This document shows, piece by piece, positions 16,257 through 30,512 of a DNA stretch of 64,000 nucleotides. The notes beneath the pieces were generated by a model, which did no database searches, had not been told where the DNA came from, and saw only the letters and a program-made list of their open reading frames with translations. Positions within the stretch are counted from its first letter, which is position 1, and each line of letters begins with the position of its first letter. Position numbers and translations under genes: made by a program. Source of the stretch: Eledone cirrhosa. Lineage: Eukaryota. The stretch covers positions 1-64,000 of the forward strand of contig CAXHJY010000589.1 in NCBI GenBank assembly GCA_964016885.1. The letters are read 5' to 3'.

Positions 16257-16653
16257 ATTATCACGCTTAAGAGGAGGGTTCGGAAGTCCTTCTTCAGGAG
16301 AGAGAGAGAGAACAGGCTGAAACATCGAAGTTTGGAAAAGCTTTTACGAAGGTTAGAGCTGATAGACGAGTGGTCCGGCATATATATATATAAAGTTTGT
16401 ATTTATATGCATATGTTTTGTGTGTACTTTAATGACAGCACATGTGTAAATGTGTATACATGTATATTGAGTCTATCTACTCTTTAGGGTTGGCCAGTTT
16501 ATTATCTAATCGTCCAAATTGAGATATGTATTCTTTATAAGTTACTTGAACATAGTTTGGTTAAGAGCTGTATGGATTTGACTTCATATTATATACTATT
16601 AAGAAGTTTTATTTCTTTCGGTAAAGAAATCGCCAAAACGTAATACAATAAAG

Positions 16654-16718
<65 letters not shown>

Positions 16719-17129
16719 TAATGAAATGACAGGAGGCTGGATTTGTGTAAATCCTTGAAAGGTTTATTATACTATGATCATTTCAATGACCGGGTTCCGT
16801 ATGAATCCGGTGAAATATAATACGTGAATGTAATAGATAAAATCCATGGGGCTGAAAATCGAGGACCCGAGGGCGACCGCTATTCTGCTCCTTCAACCTC
16901 AGCCGGTCACCCTCGATATATATACATGTGGGGGCTTAGCAAAATCGAAGCTTTGGCTGTGGGCAAGCAAAGTCGACCTGCAATATGAATGAGTTAGCAA
17001 AGCACTCGATAAGGGTAGGTCCTTAGAGTAACAACATACGTTTAAATAGCTTGACAAATTGAACATTGTGGTAGGCAAAACCTAACACACAATACCAGAG
17101 CAACGAAAAAACAGGTTATATATATATGT

Positions 17130-17460
17130 CCCTGAGCAAGACATTTTATTTCACGTTGCTCCTTCTACCTGGAGTTGCGACCGATAGATAGTATTAGCAA
17201 CTGGAAAGACCAGCGGAAACATTGTTTCCTCGGTCCAATTTGACGAAAGTCGATCGATCCTTTATATATACTGTATATAGATATATCGACATCCGATCGA
17301 CTTTCGTCAAACCGGACCGTAGGTCTTTCCAATTGCTAATACTATCTATCGGCTGCAACTCCAGGTAGAAGGAACAACGTTGTCTTGCTCAAGGACATAA
17401 CGCATCGCTCGGTCCAGGAATCGAACTCACAACCTCACGATTGCGAATCCAATTCTCTAA
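17130..17460. mobile_element. Tail-to-tail pair of a tRNA-SINE variant forming an inverted repeat
   Basis: Both halves match the + strand copy at 38058-38278 (CCTTGAGCAAGACACTTTATTTCACGTTGCTCC core). Confidence 0.75.
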
Positions 17461-18426
17461 CCACTCGGCGATGCGCCTTCAAACACACACACAGACACAC
17501 ACACACACGTTTATTTTATTTGAAGCCTTAAAAAGGAGAAAACTTTCAAATGTTCATGGACAGGAAAACATAAGAACATGTTTTTATGTCGACATTGATT
17601 ATTGTCACCCCATCACAGGACAACTTCCCTATAATCCTATGCTATTTATACCATAAAGAGTATTTTAAAAAAAACCCCTGAAATGGTCTGTCTAATTTTC
17701 ATGGTATGCATACGTTTGGAGTTTATGCTGGAACACAGCGTGTATTTTCTTTTCTTTTTTTTTTGTTATCGTGATATTTTAAACGTATTTTAGATAAAAT
17801 ATTCGTCTAAGAAAGCCTGCTCCAGACCTGCCAACCTCTAAAAAAAGCCCAAAATAATTTTCAAATTACGAGAAACGTTGAAAAGTTTCAAACCTGCCAA
17901 CCTCTAAAAACTCAAACGGGGGAGTACCATGAAAAAAAAGTACCCCAAAACGGGGAGAAATGGGGAATTTTTACATAATGAAAGCTATACCCATTTTCAC
18001 AAGAGAAGACATCTCTCACCCACCCGAAAGTGGTTGGGAGATCTCCCTGTCCGACAGGTCTGCTGTTCTCTCTTAAAAGTATAAAATATTTGATCAGAGG
18101 AAAATCTCTGATAGAGTATCTAAGCTAAAGACTTTGGTTACAGTTGAACAAAAATGCCTCATCAAATAAAGTTATTGATTATTTTGTTCACGTCTATATA
18201 AGCAGGGCCAGATTTAATACGAAGGAGGAAGAGGAGGAGACGGGGTAATTGCCCTGGCCCCGCAAGGTCTGAATCCGTTGCCTAATATTCCTTGCCTTTT
18301 CTTTTCACAGCAATTGTAGCATTTTTTAATGCTACTTTCTTTTTCTATGTTTTACTAAATATTAAATTCTTTATTATTTTCAAGTAATTTTATCTTAGAA
18401 GTATATTTGAGTATTTTGAAATGAAA

Positions 18427-18477
<51 letters not shown>

Positions 18478-18480
<3 letters not shown>

Positions 18481-18801
18481 GGAGGTGAGTTTTATTGTAG
18501 TACAATAAAGCAATGCAGATATCGGATAAGAAGCACTCTACAGTTTGTAGGACTGGAGTATGCATAATATAAGATCAAAAGATGGTTAAAGGAGTTCCAT
18601 GTATTTTATTATGCGCATTTCAAAAACAAATATGATATGTAGATTTAAAACTGCACTATCCACAAGTGTTTTTTAGCCTTCATATCATGTTCTCCTGTTT
18701 TATCTGATGAAAACACAAATATTATTGCATGATGATGTTTGTTTTTGAAATGCGCATAATAAAATACATGGAACTCCTTTAACCATCTTTTGATCTTATA
18801 T

Positions 18802-18806
<5 letters not shown>
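18478..18806 (-). mobile_element. Penelope-like pLTR remnant with an inverted partial copy, flanked by (TA)n
   Basis: Same family as 51041-51462. AATAAA shortly before the (TA)n tail. Confidence 0.7.
18696..18766 (+). ncRNA. Minimal type-I hammerhead ribozyme
   Basis: TGTTTTAT-CTGATGA-[~14-bp stem II]-GAAA-TGCGCA-TA-ATAAAATA. Palindromic stem III ATGCGCAT, AUA site. Confidence 0.85.
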
Positions 18807-18854
<48 letters not shown>

Positions 18855-18971
18855 GGATTGAGAGGGACGAGGGTATGTTGTTACTGATAATGAGTGTTAG
18901 AATGTGACCCGTAGCAGACAACTGATGAAGGGAAAATGTCCATCTCTTGTTTGTGTCCCTTTACTTTCTAA

Positions 18972-19047
<76 letters not shown>

Positions 19048-19058
19048 TATATATATAT

Positions 19059-19455
19059 CTAAGGCGGGTAAAATTCCCGAGATCCATGGACGAGTTCTCT
19101 CCAGCGGTGTCTGTCCCTCATTATCGCTGCCATGTCCTGCGTCTCCAACAGACCAGTGTCTGTCCTTAGGGCATCAACATACGGTAACCTTGGTCTTCCT
19201 CTTCTAGTGTGTCCATGTAGGGGCTCCCAAAGGAGCACTGAGTGCAATGTCAACTCTGGATGTCGGTGAGCATGTCCAGCTAACTTCAATCTCCTCTGTG
19301 TCACTTTTGAGCTGACTTTTGGGATGTTCCCATACAGCTCTGAGTTTTTCATCCTCAGTGTATACTGATTAATGTTCAGAGCCATCCTCAGCATTCTCAT
19401 GTAGCACCCATCCACCATCTGAGTGAGTTTCTTGGTCAGTGTCCAAGTCTCAGAC

Positions 19456-19505
<50 letters not shown>

Positions 19506-19712
19506 CGGGTAAAATTCCCGAGATCCATGGACGAGTTCTCTCCAGCGGTCTCTGTCCCTCATCATCGCTGCCAAGTCCTGCGTCTCCAAGAGATCAGTGC
19601 CTGTCCTTAGGGCTTCAACATATGTCAACCTCGGTCTCCCGCTTTTAGTGTGTCCGTGCAGGGGCTCCCACAGGAGCCCTGAGTGCAATGTCAACTCTGA
19701 ATGTCGGTGAGC
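19059..19712 (-). mobile_element. Two tandem 5'-truncated RTE-clade LINE fragments separated by (TA)n
   Basis: YGSETWTLTKK...LAGHAHRHPE...RGRPRL..VD...HGSREFYPP*. The stop codon abuts a TA tract. Confidence 0.88.
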
Positions 19713-19740
19713 CTGCCTATATGTATGTATACAACACACA

Positions 19741-19824
<84 letters not shown>

Positions 19825-20044
19825 AAAGTTCTATTTAAATTGTTGGGATCCAACAAGCAAATATTTTTATAACTGATATAAAGCACTCAACAAATATTTG
19901 GAGTAAACATACGATATTAACAAATGGAAACTATATTTATAAAACCATATTTATTTCATTATACATATTTCATTATACATATTTCAAAATATGTATAATG
20001 AAATAAATATGGTTTTATAAATATAGTTTCCATTTGTTAATATC

Positions 20045-20347
<303 letters not shown>

Positions 20348-20975
20348 GTATATATACATATATAATTTTATGCTAGAAATATATTTTGAGTATTTTGAAA
20401 TAATATATTAATCTCTTCAAGTTATCAGCAGTCTTCAACTATCAGTTCACAGATAAGCCTTTTCTTCACCCATCTCTTTTATATCTATTACAATGGCGTC
20501 TGCTGTTCTGATATTCTGAACAGACGACAGTCTCTACCAAGACCTGTCTGTCTTCCCGCCTCCAATTACTTCCTATTTTCTACTGGTGCTCAAACCAAAT
20601 ATCAACACCAACCCACCCAACTAATCTGTCAAGCCTGACCAACAACACGTACACTCTCCTCCTTCTAAATATTTCATAAAAGACAAATGAGTTTGTTTTT
20701 GTAATTGTTGTCGTAATCTTCATTATCAAATATCACTTAGGGGGTAAATTCCTACTGTTTTCTGTACAATTCCATTTCATCATATCCTATTTGGTGCTAC
20801 CAATCCTCTTTTATCCAAAAGTTTCATATTAATTAAGTTATTATAATCTATTACTTGTACGTCATTACTTTAGACAGAGACAAATAAATGGAACAACGAG
20901 AAATGTGAGGCTTTTTCGAAGTAATTGATCAGCTCGAAACAACCTTTAATGTATACATACCCCCCCCCCCCCCCC

Positions 20976-21027
20976 CACACACAAATACCTATACACACAC
21001 ACACACACACACAGAAATTCCTACATG

Positions 21028-21058
<31 letters not shown>

Positions 21059-21253
21059 AAATGCCTACATGCACACACACACACACAAATGCCTATATGT
21101 ACACACACACACAAATGCCTATATACACACACACACACACACACAGAAATGCCTACATGCACACACACACACAGAGAAATGCCTACATGCACACACAGAC
21201 ACACACACACACACACACACAAATGCCTATATGTACACACACACACAAATGCC

Positions 21254-21294
<41 letters not shown>

Positions 21295-21350
21295 AGAAAT
21301 GCCTACATGCACACACACACACACACACACACACAGAGAAATGCCTACAT

Positions 21351-21391
<41 letters not shown>

Positions 21392-21890
21392 TGCCTATAT
21401 GTACACACACACACAAATGCCTATACACACACACAGAAATGCCTGCACGCACACACACACACACAGAGAAATGCCTACATGCACACACACACACACACAC
21501 ACAAATGCCTATATGTACACACACACACAAATGCCTATATACACGCACACACACACGCAGAGAAATGCCTACATGTACACACACACACACACACAGAAAT
21601 GCCTACATGCACACACACACACACACACACACAAATGCCTATATGTACACACACACACAAATGCCTATATACACGCACACACACACGCAGAGAAATGCCT
21701 ACATGCACACACACACACACACACAAATGCCTATATGTACACACACACACAAATGCCTATATACACGCACACACACACAAACAGAGAAATGCCTACATGC
21801 ACACACACACATACAAATGCCTATATGTATTCAAACATACATACGTACATAGATGCCTACATACATACATACATACATACATACATACAT
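20976..21890. repeat. Compound (CA)n microsatellite punctuated by AAATGCCTAYAT
   Basis: Direct inspection. Confidence 0.92.
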
Positions 21891-21894
21891 AACT

Positions 21895-22213
21895 GGCACT
21901 CCGTCGGTTACGACGATGAGTGTTCCAGTTAATCCGATCAGTGGAATAGCCTGCTCCTGAAATTAACGTGCAAGTGGCTGAGCATTCCACAGACATACGT
22001 ACCCTTAACGTAGTTCTCAGGGAGATTCAGTGTGACACAGAATGTGACAAGGCTGACCCTTCGAATTACAGGTACAACTCATTTTTGTCAGCTGAGTGGA
22101 CTGGAGCAGCGTAAAATAAAGTGACTTGCTCAAGAACAACATGCCGCCAGGAATCGAACTTCTGATCTTACAAGTGTGAGCTGAATACCCTAACCACAAA
22201 GCCACGTGCCTTC
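21895..22213 (-). mobile_element. tRNA-derived SINE (family B-related head and core, different tail)
   Basis: Minus-strand head GAAGGCACGTGGCTTTGTGGTTAGGG...GTTCGATTCC and TTGAGCAAG core. Confidence 0.75.
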
Positions 22214-22289
22214 ACACATATGTAAATACCTACATATATACATACATACGCACACACTTGTAGTCGTCTTATATCAGAACTATTATTTA

Positions 22290-22937
22290 CTAGCAGTGGT
22301 ACCCGGCCTTGCACGGGATAAGGTATTTTGGAACGCGGGCCGCCAACAGACCTAATCGTGGAAAAACTGCATGCCTGGACAATATGTAAAGAAAATAAAC
22401 CGAATACTTTGATGGCTGGATAATCTTTAAGATTTTCCTCGATGAAGCAGGAAAAAGGCAGGTTTTCACCTAATGCGGACCCTAGGGGATCAAGAAAATG
22501 AATTTTTTTATGTGCATATGCCTTGAAAAGTCGGGAAAATCGGCTAGACGTAACGCCTCAAAAAGACCCTAAAAAGCTGAAAAAATAAAGTTTTTCACCT
22601 AATGCGGGCACTAGGCCATAAAAAAGTTGGATTTTCTTTGCTCACGATATGAAGAAGAGACTGACTAATACATAGTTACAATTTAAAGGAAATCGGTCTG
22701 ATGTAACGCCTCAAAAAACCCATAAAAAGCTGAAAAAAAACGCAGTTTTTAACCTAATGCGGGCCCTAGGGGATCAAAAAGTTGAATTGTTTTATGTGCA
22801 TAACACTCCCTGAAACATAAGTAATACACATGTAAAGTTTGAAAAAAATCGGTTGGGTACTTCTCGAGTTTTAGGGATTCAAACTCACAGACACACACAC
22901 ACACACACACAGACATCCTCAGTTTTATATATATAGA
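22290..22937 (-). mobile_element. Non-autonomous Helitron
   Basis: Minus strand starts TCTATATATATAAAACTG and ends with hairpin CCCGTGCAAGGCCGGG then CTAG|T. Confidence 0.8.
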
Positions 22938-23432
22938 CTAGCAGAAAACCACCCGGTGGGCGGTTTTCTGCTAGCAAATCTAGTGTATATGCTGATATTG
23001 TTGAGATTTGGATGAGAAATGTTTTCGGCACCACATGTTCACCGTCTCTCGGTGTGTCTTTTATGCATGTATAAATATATATGTTATCTATACGGTGAAA
23101 TCTTTGAAATAAATGTATGTTAAAACGAAAAAGGAGAAAAAGAGATTAGTGACGGAAATATAAACGTTATGATACATAAACGTTATGATATAACGATGGA
23201 AATATATAAACGTTTACGATAAAACGATGGAAATAGAAACATTTATATATAATGATAAGCCGAAACACTCGTAAGTCGAAACACTCGTAAAGCGAAACGT
23301 ATAAATAAAGATTAATGTAATGAATTTGAAAAGCATAGAGATTTGAAACCGCGTCTATTTGTTTCCTTGGCTTTTTTTACAGACGGACAGACAGACAAAC
23401 AAACAGAGAAATGCCAATTATATATTATAAGT
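22938..23432 (-). mobile_element. Second non-autonomous Helitron abutting the first
   Basis: Terminal palindrome CTAGCAGAAAACC...GGTTTTCTGCTAG (also at 39872-39909) and a (TCTG)n-rich 5' end. Confidence 0.6.
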
Positions 23433-23652
23433 AGACTTGGCATGGTGTCAAGTCAGAACCGCCTCGAACTGGTTACTTCTGGCTTGTGCAAGGTGTCTCT
23501 ATAGCAACCAGCGATTCCCTCGGCCTCAGTGACCAAAGTCAGTGGAGAGGGGAAGGTAATGTTTCTATAGCGACAGTGTTTCTCTTGGTAGTACCAAAGT
23601 GGTGAAAGGAAGGTAATATTTCTATAGTACCTACATTTGAGTTTTAGGGAAG

Positions 23653-23686
<34 letters not shown>

Positions 23687-23975
23687 GAAATGCCCATATA
23701 TTTCTGTGTGTGTATATATATATATATATATTACACACACAGAAATGTATATATATTTCTGTGTGTATATATATATATATTACACACACACAAATGTATA
23801 TATAATTCTGTGTGTGTGTATATATATATATATATTACACACACAGAAATGTATATATATTTCTTAGAACAAAATTATTATTAATGTTTTGCTGTTCATA
23901 ACAATTGGAATTGAAAAATTACTTTTGAAATTATTAGTTATTTTACTAATGCTTAGATATGTAAAAATGAAGCAA

Positions 23976-24964
23976 TCTATATATATAAAACTGTGGTTGT
24001 CTGTCTGTCTATCGATTTTTGGCACACATCTCCTCTTAGAATCTCTGACGGAATTGCACCGAAATTGCTATACTTGTACATTGAGCCCTAGCGAAGACAT
24101 CGGAAAAAAAATATTTCAAATTGACCCACCCTATGTGACGAAATCGAATATAATGTATCGATTTTTGAGCGTAAGTTATCAGTTATTTCCCTTTGTTCTG
24201 TTTACATTGAGCGTCTTACGTAAAAAATTACGCTGGCTTTCTCAGCGTTTAAAATGACATTAACACAATACACGAACAGACAGTTGTCGAGCCAGCAAAA
24301 TATTGACCTGCAAAATTCATCAGTTCGAACACTAAGCTTCCGTTTTGCTTCATTTCCATTTAAAAGCATTTTAAAACAATATTTTTACTTGAAAACAAGT
24401 CTATTTAAAGACTACGTAAAACAAGCAAATATTTCGTCGTTAGGCGTGCAGACAGACAGTCGTGCAGACAGACAGTCGTGCAGAGAGGTGATATACGCGT
24501 GCAGACAGATAGTCGTGCAGAGAGGTGATATAGGCGTGCAGACAGACAGTCGTGCAGAGAGGTGATATAGGCGTGCAGACAGACAGTCGTGCAGAGAGGT
24601 GATATAGGCGTGCAGACAGACAGTCGTGCAGAGAGGTGATATAGGCGTGCAGACATACATAACTGATAATTTGGTTACGCTAATGTTTTTCTCTGCGTTG
24701 CAGTGTTTACATTTTCGATCTTTGTTAATAAATAACCAGTGCAGTTTCTATCCCCAGCATCCTCTTTTGTTATAACATTCGGGTTATCGTTATGTTTTCT
24801 TAACTTCATAAGGCATATTGTTGGTTGAGGGAATATTAATCAAAAACACCACATGCAAGTCTGCACAGTAGACACTACAGTTTTTAAGCCAAGAAAGAAA
24901 CTTAACATTGTAACTTTAACACAGCTACTGAGCGACCCCGAGCAACGCCGGGCTTTACTGCTAG
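23976..24964 (+). mobile_element. Non-autonomous Helitron containing a 37-bp tandem repeat (24442-24655)
   Basis: A|TCTATATATATAAAACTG start, subterminal CCCGAGCAACGCCGGG hairpin, CTAG|T end, no TSD. Confidence 0.85.
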
Positions 24965-25351
24965 TGTTTCTAATAATTGTTTCTACTTTTGGCACAAGGC
25001 CAGCAATTACCCAGTACATTACTGGTACTTTATTTTATCGACCCCGTGATGATGAAAGGCAAAGTTAACGTCGGCGGTATTTGAACTCAGACCGTAAAGG
25101 GACATAACTCCATGCTATGAAGCATGGTGTCCGACTCTCTACAGATTCTGCCAATCCACCGCCCTAATGTCTGTACGTAATGAGGGAGTGAGAGGGGAGA
25201 GAAAGAAAGGCAGAGGTGAAGTGACGAAGTGACTCTCTCCTCCTCCTCCATCTCCCCATTCGTCACAGCGATAGAGGGGAGGAATGTTAGTGTGTTACAA
25301 AGAGAAAGAGTGAGAGTGAGAGAAACAGACAGACTAAAAGAGAGGGATAGC

Positions 25352-25386
<35 letters not shown>

Positions 25387-25664
25387 CAACCACGCGCGGA
25401 CGTGTTTCCACTGTCGGACAGACAGACAGACAGAGAAATTGCTAGTTATATATTATAAGGAGATAATGATCGAATATTATAGTAAATTCTACATTGGGAC
25501 AACTACATTTTAAATTTCAAACTTTACCAATGTTTCTTAAGTCAGCATTTGTTTATACTTCTAGCTAAAGGCTTAACATTCTCTAATGAAACTAGATCTA
25601 GATGAATAGGTTGTGATAGTAGTGTAAGCCATGTAACAGAGGTGCTGTCAGTAATGAATTTAAT

Positions 25665-25780
25665 GAGAAATTCTATGTGTAGGTAGGCATTCATCAAGAC
25701 TCAGTCTTTAGCCCATTTAGGGCATAACAAAGGAGTTAAAGACTGGCTTTCTATGGGAACTTTTGTATACCGATGGCATG
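25665..25780 (+). mobile_element. Highly degenerate RTE reverse-transcriptase fragment
   Basis: Reads VGIHQDSVFSP...WELLYTDG, matching GVHQGSVLSP / LLYADD. Confidence 0.55.
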
Positions 25781-26060
25781 TATTTCTCGATCATTAATCA
25801 ATTTTCAGTGGTGCTTGCTTACTTGATACTGAGGCATAGAAGTTAATAGCTCCATATTCATTGATTTCACAAATAAATCACTTTTGATGATGGCTCATTT
25901 ACATATAGTGTAAGTTATTAGCAGTAGCACTAACACAGCAAGATTCTGAATAGAAGAGAATTTAGAATCATATGCAATATATTTATGTTACCAGCTTATG
26001 TTTTGTTGCCATCACCATTATGGAGGTTCAGCAATTTGGGATCAACTCTGCTCAGGTTTT

Positions 26061-27742
26061 TCTTTATGACAGCTTTCTTTCACTGGGATCTCTTGACACT
26101 GCTTTATGACAGCTTTCTTCCACTGGGATCTCTTGGTACTTCTTTATGGTACCTTTCTTCCACTGGGATCTCATGGCACTTCTTTATGGTACCTTTCTTC
26201 CACTGGGATATCTTGGCACTTCTTTATGGTACCTTTCTTCCACTGGGATCTCTTGGCACTTCTTTATGGTACCTTTCTTCCACTGGGATCTCTTGGCACT
26301 TCTTTATGGTACCTTTCTTCCACTGGGATCTCTTGGCACTTCTTTATGGTACCTTTCTTCCACTGGGATCTCTTGGCACTTCTTTATGGTACCTTTCTTC
26401 CACTGGGATCTCTTGGCACTTCTTTATGGTACCTTTCTTCCACTGGGATCTCTTGGTACTTCTTTATGGTACCTTTCTTCCACTGGGATCTCTTGGTACT
26501 TCTTTATGGTACCTTTCTTCCACTGGGATCTCTTGGCACTTCTTTATGGTACCTTTCTTCCACTGGGATCTCTTGGTACTTCTTTGTGGTACCTTTCTTC
26601 CACTGGGATCTCTTGGCACTTCTTTATGGTACCTTTCTTCCACTGGGATTTCTTGGCACTTCTTTATGGTACCTTTCTTCCACTGGGATCTCATGGCACT
26701 TCTTTATGGTACCTTTCTTCCACTGGGATCTCGTGGCACTTCTTTATGGTACCTTTCTTCCACTGGGATTTCTTGGCACTTCTTTATGGTACCTTTCTTC
26801 CACTGGGATCTCTTGGTACTTCTTTATGGTACCTTTCTTCCACTGGGATCTCTTGGCACTTCTTTATGGTACCTTTCTTTCACTGGGATCTCTTGGCACT
26901 TCTTTATGGTACCTTACTTCCACTGGGATCTCTTGGCACTTCTTTATGGTACCTTTCTTCCACTGGGATCTCTTGGTACTTATTTATGGTACCTTTCTTC
27001 CACTGGGATCTCTTGGTACTTCTTTATGGTACCTTTCTTCCACTGGGATCTCTTGGCACTTCTTTATGGTACCTTTCTTCCACTGGGATCTCTTGGCACT
27101 TCTTTATGACAGCTTTCTTCCACTGGGATCTCTTGGCACTTCTTTATGGTACCTTTCTTCCACTGGGATTTCTTGGCACTTCTTTATGGTACCTTTCTTC
27201 CACTGGGATCTCATGGCACTTCTTTATGGTACCTTTCTTCCACTGGGATCTCGTGGCACTTCTTTATGGTACCTTTCTTCCACTGGATTTCTTGGCACTT
27301 CTTTATGGTACCTTTCTTCCACTGGGATCTCTTGGCACTTCTTTATGGTACCTTTCTTCCACTGGGATCTCTTGGCACTTCTTTATGGTACCTTTCTTTC
27401 ACTGGGATCTCTTGGCACTTCTTTATGGTACCTTTCTTCCACTGGGATCTCTTGGCACTTCTTTATGGTACCTTTCTTCCACTGGGATCTCTTGGCACTT
27501 CTTTATGGTACCTTTCTTCCACTGGGATCTCTTGGCACTTCTTTATGGTACCTTTCTTCCACTGGGATCTCTTGGCACTTCTTTATGGTACCTTTCTTCC
27601 ACTGGGATCTCTTGGCACTTCTTTATGGTACCTTTCTTCCACTGGGATCTCTTGGCACTTCTTTATGGTACCTTTCTTCCACTGGGATCTCTTGGCACTT
27701 CTTTATGGTACCTTTCTTCCACTGGGATCTCTTGGCACTTCT
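26061..27742 (+). repeat. 40-bp minisatellite (~42 units)
   Basis: Unit TCTTTATGGTACCTTTCTTCCACTGGGATCTCTTGGCACT. Confidence 0.97.
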
Positions 27743-28509
27743 TCACCCAACAATCAATGGTGTACATATATATGCATTAGTGTCCACACAAGTCTTCTCT
27801 CTCGCATACTTCACCTCGCTCCACTTATACCCAGCTCATCCATGCTCTGTAGTTTTGTTGTTTATGCCCATGTTCATTGTTTATGCCCATGCTCTGTTGT
27901 TTATGCCCATTAACATTGCACATCCACCAGAGCATGCCAGCTTTAGTTTTCTCCAGCTTTTACTGTCCATTTTTTACTACCATGTTGCATTGCACATCAT
28001 ACATATTCAACAACATACAGATATATATATATATCATCATCAACATTGTTTAATGTCCATTTTCCACGCTAGCATGGGTTAGACGAGTTGTCCCGTTAGA
28101 GGCAATTAGGGTCAGGTGACCATGTCTTGCTCATATAGAACTGTTTCTGGCTAGGTTTCTATGGCTGGATGCCCTTCCAAATGCCAACCACATTTACAGT
28201 GTGAGCTGGGTGCTTTTTGTCGTGAACCCTACACGACCCCTTTGCAGTGTGGATATATATAAACAAGATAAAGGATACAGATCCCCTAACTCCTTGTGGA
28301 GTTGTAGAGGCACCGTCATACAGCAAGTCTAGGGCACTTTTAAACCTGGTAGAGCCCAACCCTCTACTGGTCGGAACACGGCCAATTTTTTCTATAGAGG
28401 AAGAGTTGGTGGGATTTGAACTCAGTGCATGCAATGAGGTGGAACGAATACTGTAAAGCATTCTTTCCCACCTCTTAGCAATTCTGCCAATTCATCGCCT
28501 TTTATAAAT

Positions 28510-28549
<40 letters not shown>

Positions 28550-28553
<4 letters not shown>

Positions 28554-29072
28554 TCTCAACCTCCAGAATCCACACGCCCCCTCCCCCACCCCCTGACCAC
28601 CCTCCTGCCACACGCACGCACACACCGACTTACACCCCATGCACACACCTTTTCCTGAACATGGAACCTCGTTCTTCCTCCAACTCTCACATACACACGC
28701 ACACACACACACACACACTCACGTACACCTACACAAACACCACCTTCAGCATTCCACGCTTCGACCACCCCGCCTCCCTCGCCCAACTCCACCCGCCACC
28801 ACCCTTACACCCTTCCATCACTTGTTCATCTTATTGTTTATTCTTATGTTTATTTTAACATTTATTTTTATTTTTTCTCCTTCCCCCTTTTTTCTAAATG
28901 TATTTCCACCCCTCCTCCACACACCCTCGGAACTCTCTTCCTAACCTATTTAATCCTGAAGAAGAGCTTATGCCCGAAACGTCGTTCCCCACCGCCCCAC
29001 TCTCAAGAGCATGAAACTAATAAACCTTTATTTGTCTGCCTCTCTGTTTTGTTCCCGTCTAAATTTGCACTA
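28550..29072 (+). mobile_element. Penelope-like 3' end with a degenerate hammerhead at 28952-28986
   Basis: CTGAAGA-AGAGCttatGCCC-GAAA-CG-TC, then AATAAA and a (TA)n tail. Confidence 0.55.
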
Positions 29073-29073
29073 T

Positions 29074-29138
<65 letters not shown>

Positions 29139-29199
29139 AATATCCGAATATGGTCAGCATTCAGTAATCAGAAGGGAGGTAGCTCTAAAAGCCAAACTT

Positions 29200-29715
29200 G
29201 CTATCTTCAGATCATTATTCATGCCAACCCTTACCTATGGTCATGAATCTTGGGTAATGACCGAAAGAATATGATTGCATAAAGTGCCAAGAGATCCCAG
29301 TGGAAGAAAGGTACCAAAAAGAAGTGCCAAGAGATCCCAGTGGAAGAAAGGTACCAAAAAGAAGTGCCAAGAGATCCCAGTGGAAGAAAGGTACCAAAAA
29401 GAAGTGCCAAGAGATCCCAGTGGAAGAAAGGTACCAAAAAGAAGTGCCAAGAGATCCCAGTGGAAGAAAGGTACCAAAAAGAAGTGCCAAAATTGGATTC
29501 CTCTGAAGGTTCTTTGGAGTAACATTACTTGATAGAGTGCATAACTCGGAGATCAGAGAGTCACTCCAGGTAGAGCCACTACTTCTCTGAATTGAGAGAT
29601 CACAGCTCCAATACTATGGGCTTATGGGTAAAATGTCTCAGGAAAGAATCAGGCAAAAACCAACTGGCAGGAGACCCAGGGGTAAACTCTGAACAGGATA
29701 GTTGGATAACATCCA
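29200..29715 (+). mobile_element. RTE-clade LINE fragment interrupted by 5 inverted units of the 40-bp satellite (29281-29490)
   Basis: IFRSLFMPTLTYGHESWVMTER ... IGFL*RFFGVTLLDRVHNSEIRESLQVEPLLL*IERSQL ... GRRPRG. Confidence 0.8.
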
Positions 29716-29818
29716 GTAGACAACTGATGAGGAACCCCCCCCCCCCCTGTTCTTGCTTTCTTTTTATTCCCATTGTATTTTAAGCTACCTTAAATAGCAA
29801 CTACACAGCCATTTCTAT

Positions 29819-29860
<42 letters not shown>

Positions 29861-30305
29861 ACAGAGTCGGGTAAGATAGATACAAATCAAACCTTGAGCT
29901 GATCAGTGGCAAAACGCGCGTCACTAACCAATAAATGTAATGAAGGAATAACCAATCGTCCTTGTTATCTTTTCAATATAATTGTTTCTACTTTTGGCAC
30001 AAGGCCAGCAATTACTCAGTACATTACTGGTACTTTATTTTATCGACCCCGTAAGGATGAAAGGCAAAGTTAACCTCGGCGGGATTTGAACTCAGATCGT
30101 AAAGGGATGTAACTATGCTAGAAAGCATGGCGTCCGACCCTGCTTTCTAGCATAGTTACGTCCCTTTCGTCTTTTCAATATAATACACTCTGTATAGCTC
30201 TACACCTCGACACTGAAGTGAACCTAAACATCGAGTGCTCACCTGGGTGAACCTACAGTAACTCTAAGTTACACTCCCTAGATATATATATATATATATA
30301 TATAT

Positions 30306-30416
30306 CTCACGGTGGAGATGACGAAGGACCGTGACAAGTGGAGAGATGCTGTGCTGAATAAGACCCGTCCCACTCTTGCAAGCAGGGAAAAGCGGACGTA
30401 AAATGATGATGATGAT
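30306..30416 (+). mobile_element. RTE LINE extreme 3' end
   Basis: LTVEMTKDRDKWRDAVLNKTRPTLASREKRT* followed by (GAT)n. Confidence 0.75.
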
Positions 30417-30512
30417 ATCATATATTTATATATCATCATCATTTAATGTGTTTTCCCTGCTAGCAAGGATTGGATATAACCATTTTGTAAATTTTTCAAA
30501 AATATATGAACA

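Noticed and set aside
18915-18965. CTGATGAAGGG (and CTGACGAAGG at 15887) as hammerhead cores
   Set aside because: No properly placed GAAA, stem III and stem I could be folded.
25985-28082. Hydrophobic 374-658 aa ORFs
   Set aside because: 40-bp unit open in all three frames; artefact.
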